Source: Octopus vulgaris
Lineage: Eukaryota
DNA length: 64,000 nt
Direction of reading: 5' to 3'
Assembly: GCA_951406725.2 (NCBI GenBank)
Contig: OX597817.1
Span: 122,822,001 to 122,886,000 of the forward strand
Part shown: one piece after another, positions 63,546 through 64,000 of the stretch
Position numbering within the stretch: position 1 is the stretch's first letter
How the letters are laid out: each line of letters starts with the position of its first letter
The notes under the pieces: model-generated
Database searches by the model: none
What the model was told of the DNA's origin: nothing
The model's input: only the letters and a program-made list of their open reading frames with translations
Program-made: the position numbers and the translations under genes

Positions 63546-64000
63546 GAACCATTGATATGGAAGTTGAAATACCACAGCAAACAGCTTTTAGCCCAATAGT
63601 CAGTTTCCTAAATTATATTTAGTGATAATAATTTGAACAAGATAAAAATGGTAACACAGAAGTTATTAGTTATTTGTATAATGTTCTAAGTAGGTGAAAG
63701 TGTCAATTTGAAAACATTTTTTGTTTTTTGTTTTTGAGGAAAAAGAAAATAAGATTTGATGATGTTCATGGCTTTCTAAAGACACAAACAATGTAAATGA
63801 AGGGAAATGAGTACAATCAAGAATTGAAACCGTTTGTGGCTGCAAAATTATCTCGCCAAGAATCTACCTATAGTTACTGGTACTCAACAGCAATACTAAA
63901 ATACCTTAATGTTTTCCCCTCATTATGGACTATAAGCCTTAAAGAAAAGTTCTTTTTTTAAATATACATTGAAGATTATTTCAATGCATTGTTAGAATAT

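Overview
AT-rich, microsatellite-dense eukaryotic DNA. The SINE/LINE repertoire resembles an octopod (coleoid cephalopod) genome; this is inferred from recalled repeat sequences, not from a search. There is no intact protein-coding gene or intact transposon ORF, and nearly all long entries in the ORF track are microsatellite artefacts or decayed transposon frames. The window reads as a large intron filled with (1) decayed LINEs (RLE-type Dong/R4-like, RTE, CR1, an ORF1 zinc-knuckle remnant), (2) DNA transposons (piggyBac, Tc1, DD41D mariner-like fold-back derivatives, MITEs, a tandem Helitron) and (3) three families of tRNA-headed SINEs, often nested with clean target-site duplications (TSDs). 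The most interesting signals are: two candidate + strand microexons (20771-20790 and 49426-49443) in transposon-poor islands; several Penelope-type fold-back elements carrying minimal hammerhead ribozyme motifs, one in sense about 255 nt downstream of a candidate microexon and one with a compensatory G3:C8 core swap; locally templated inverted duplications; and a multi-layer nested transposon stack. Coordinates of degenerate repeats are approximate.
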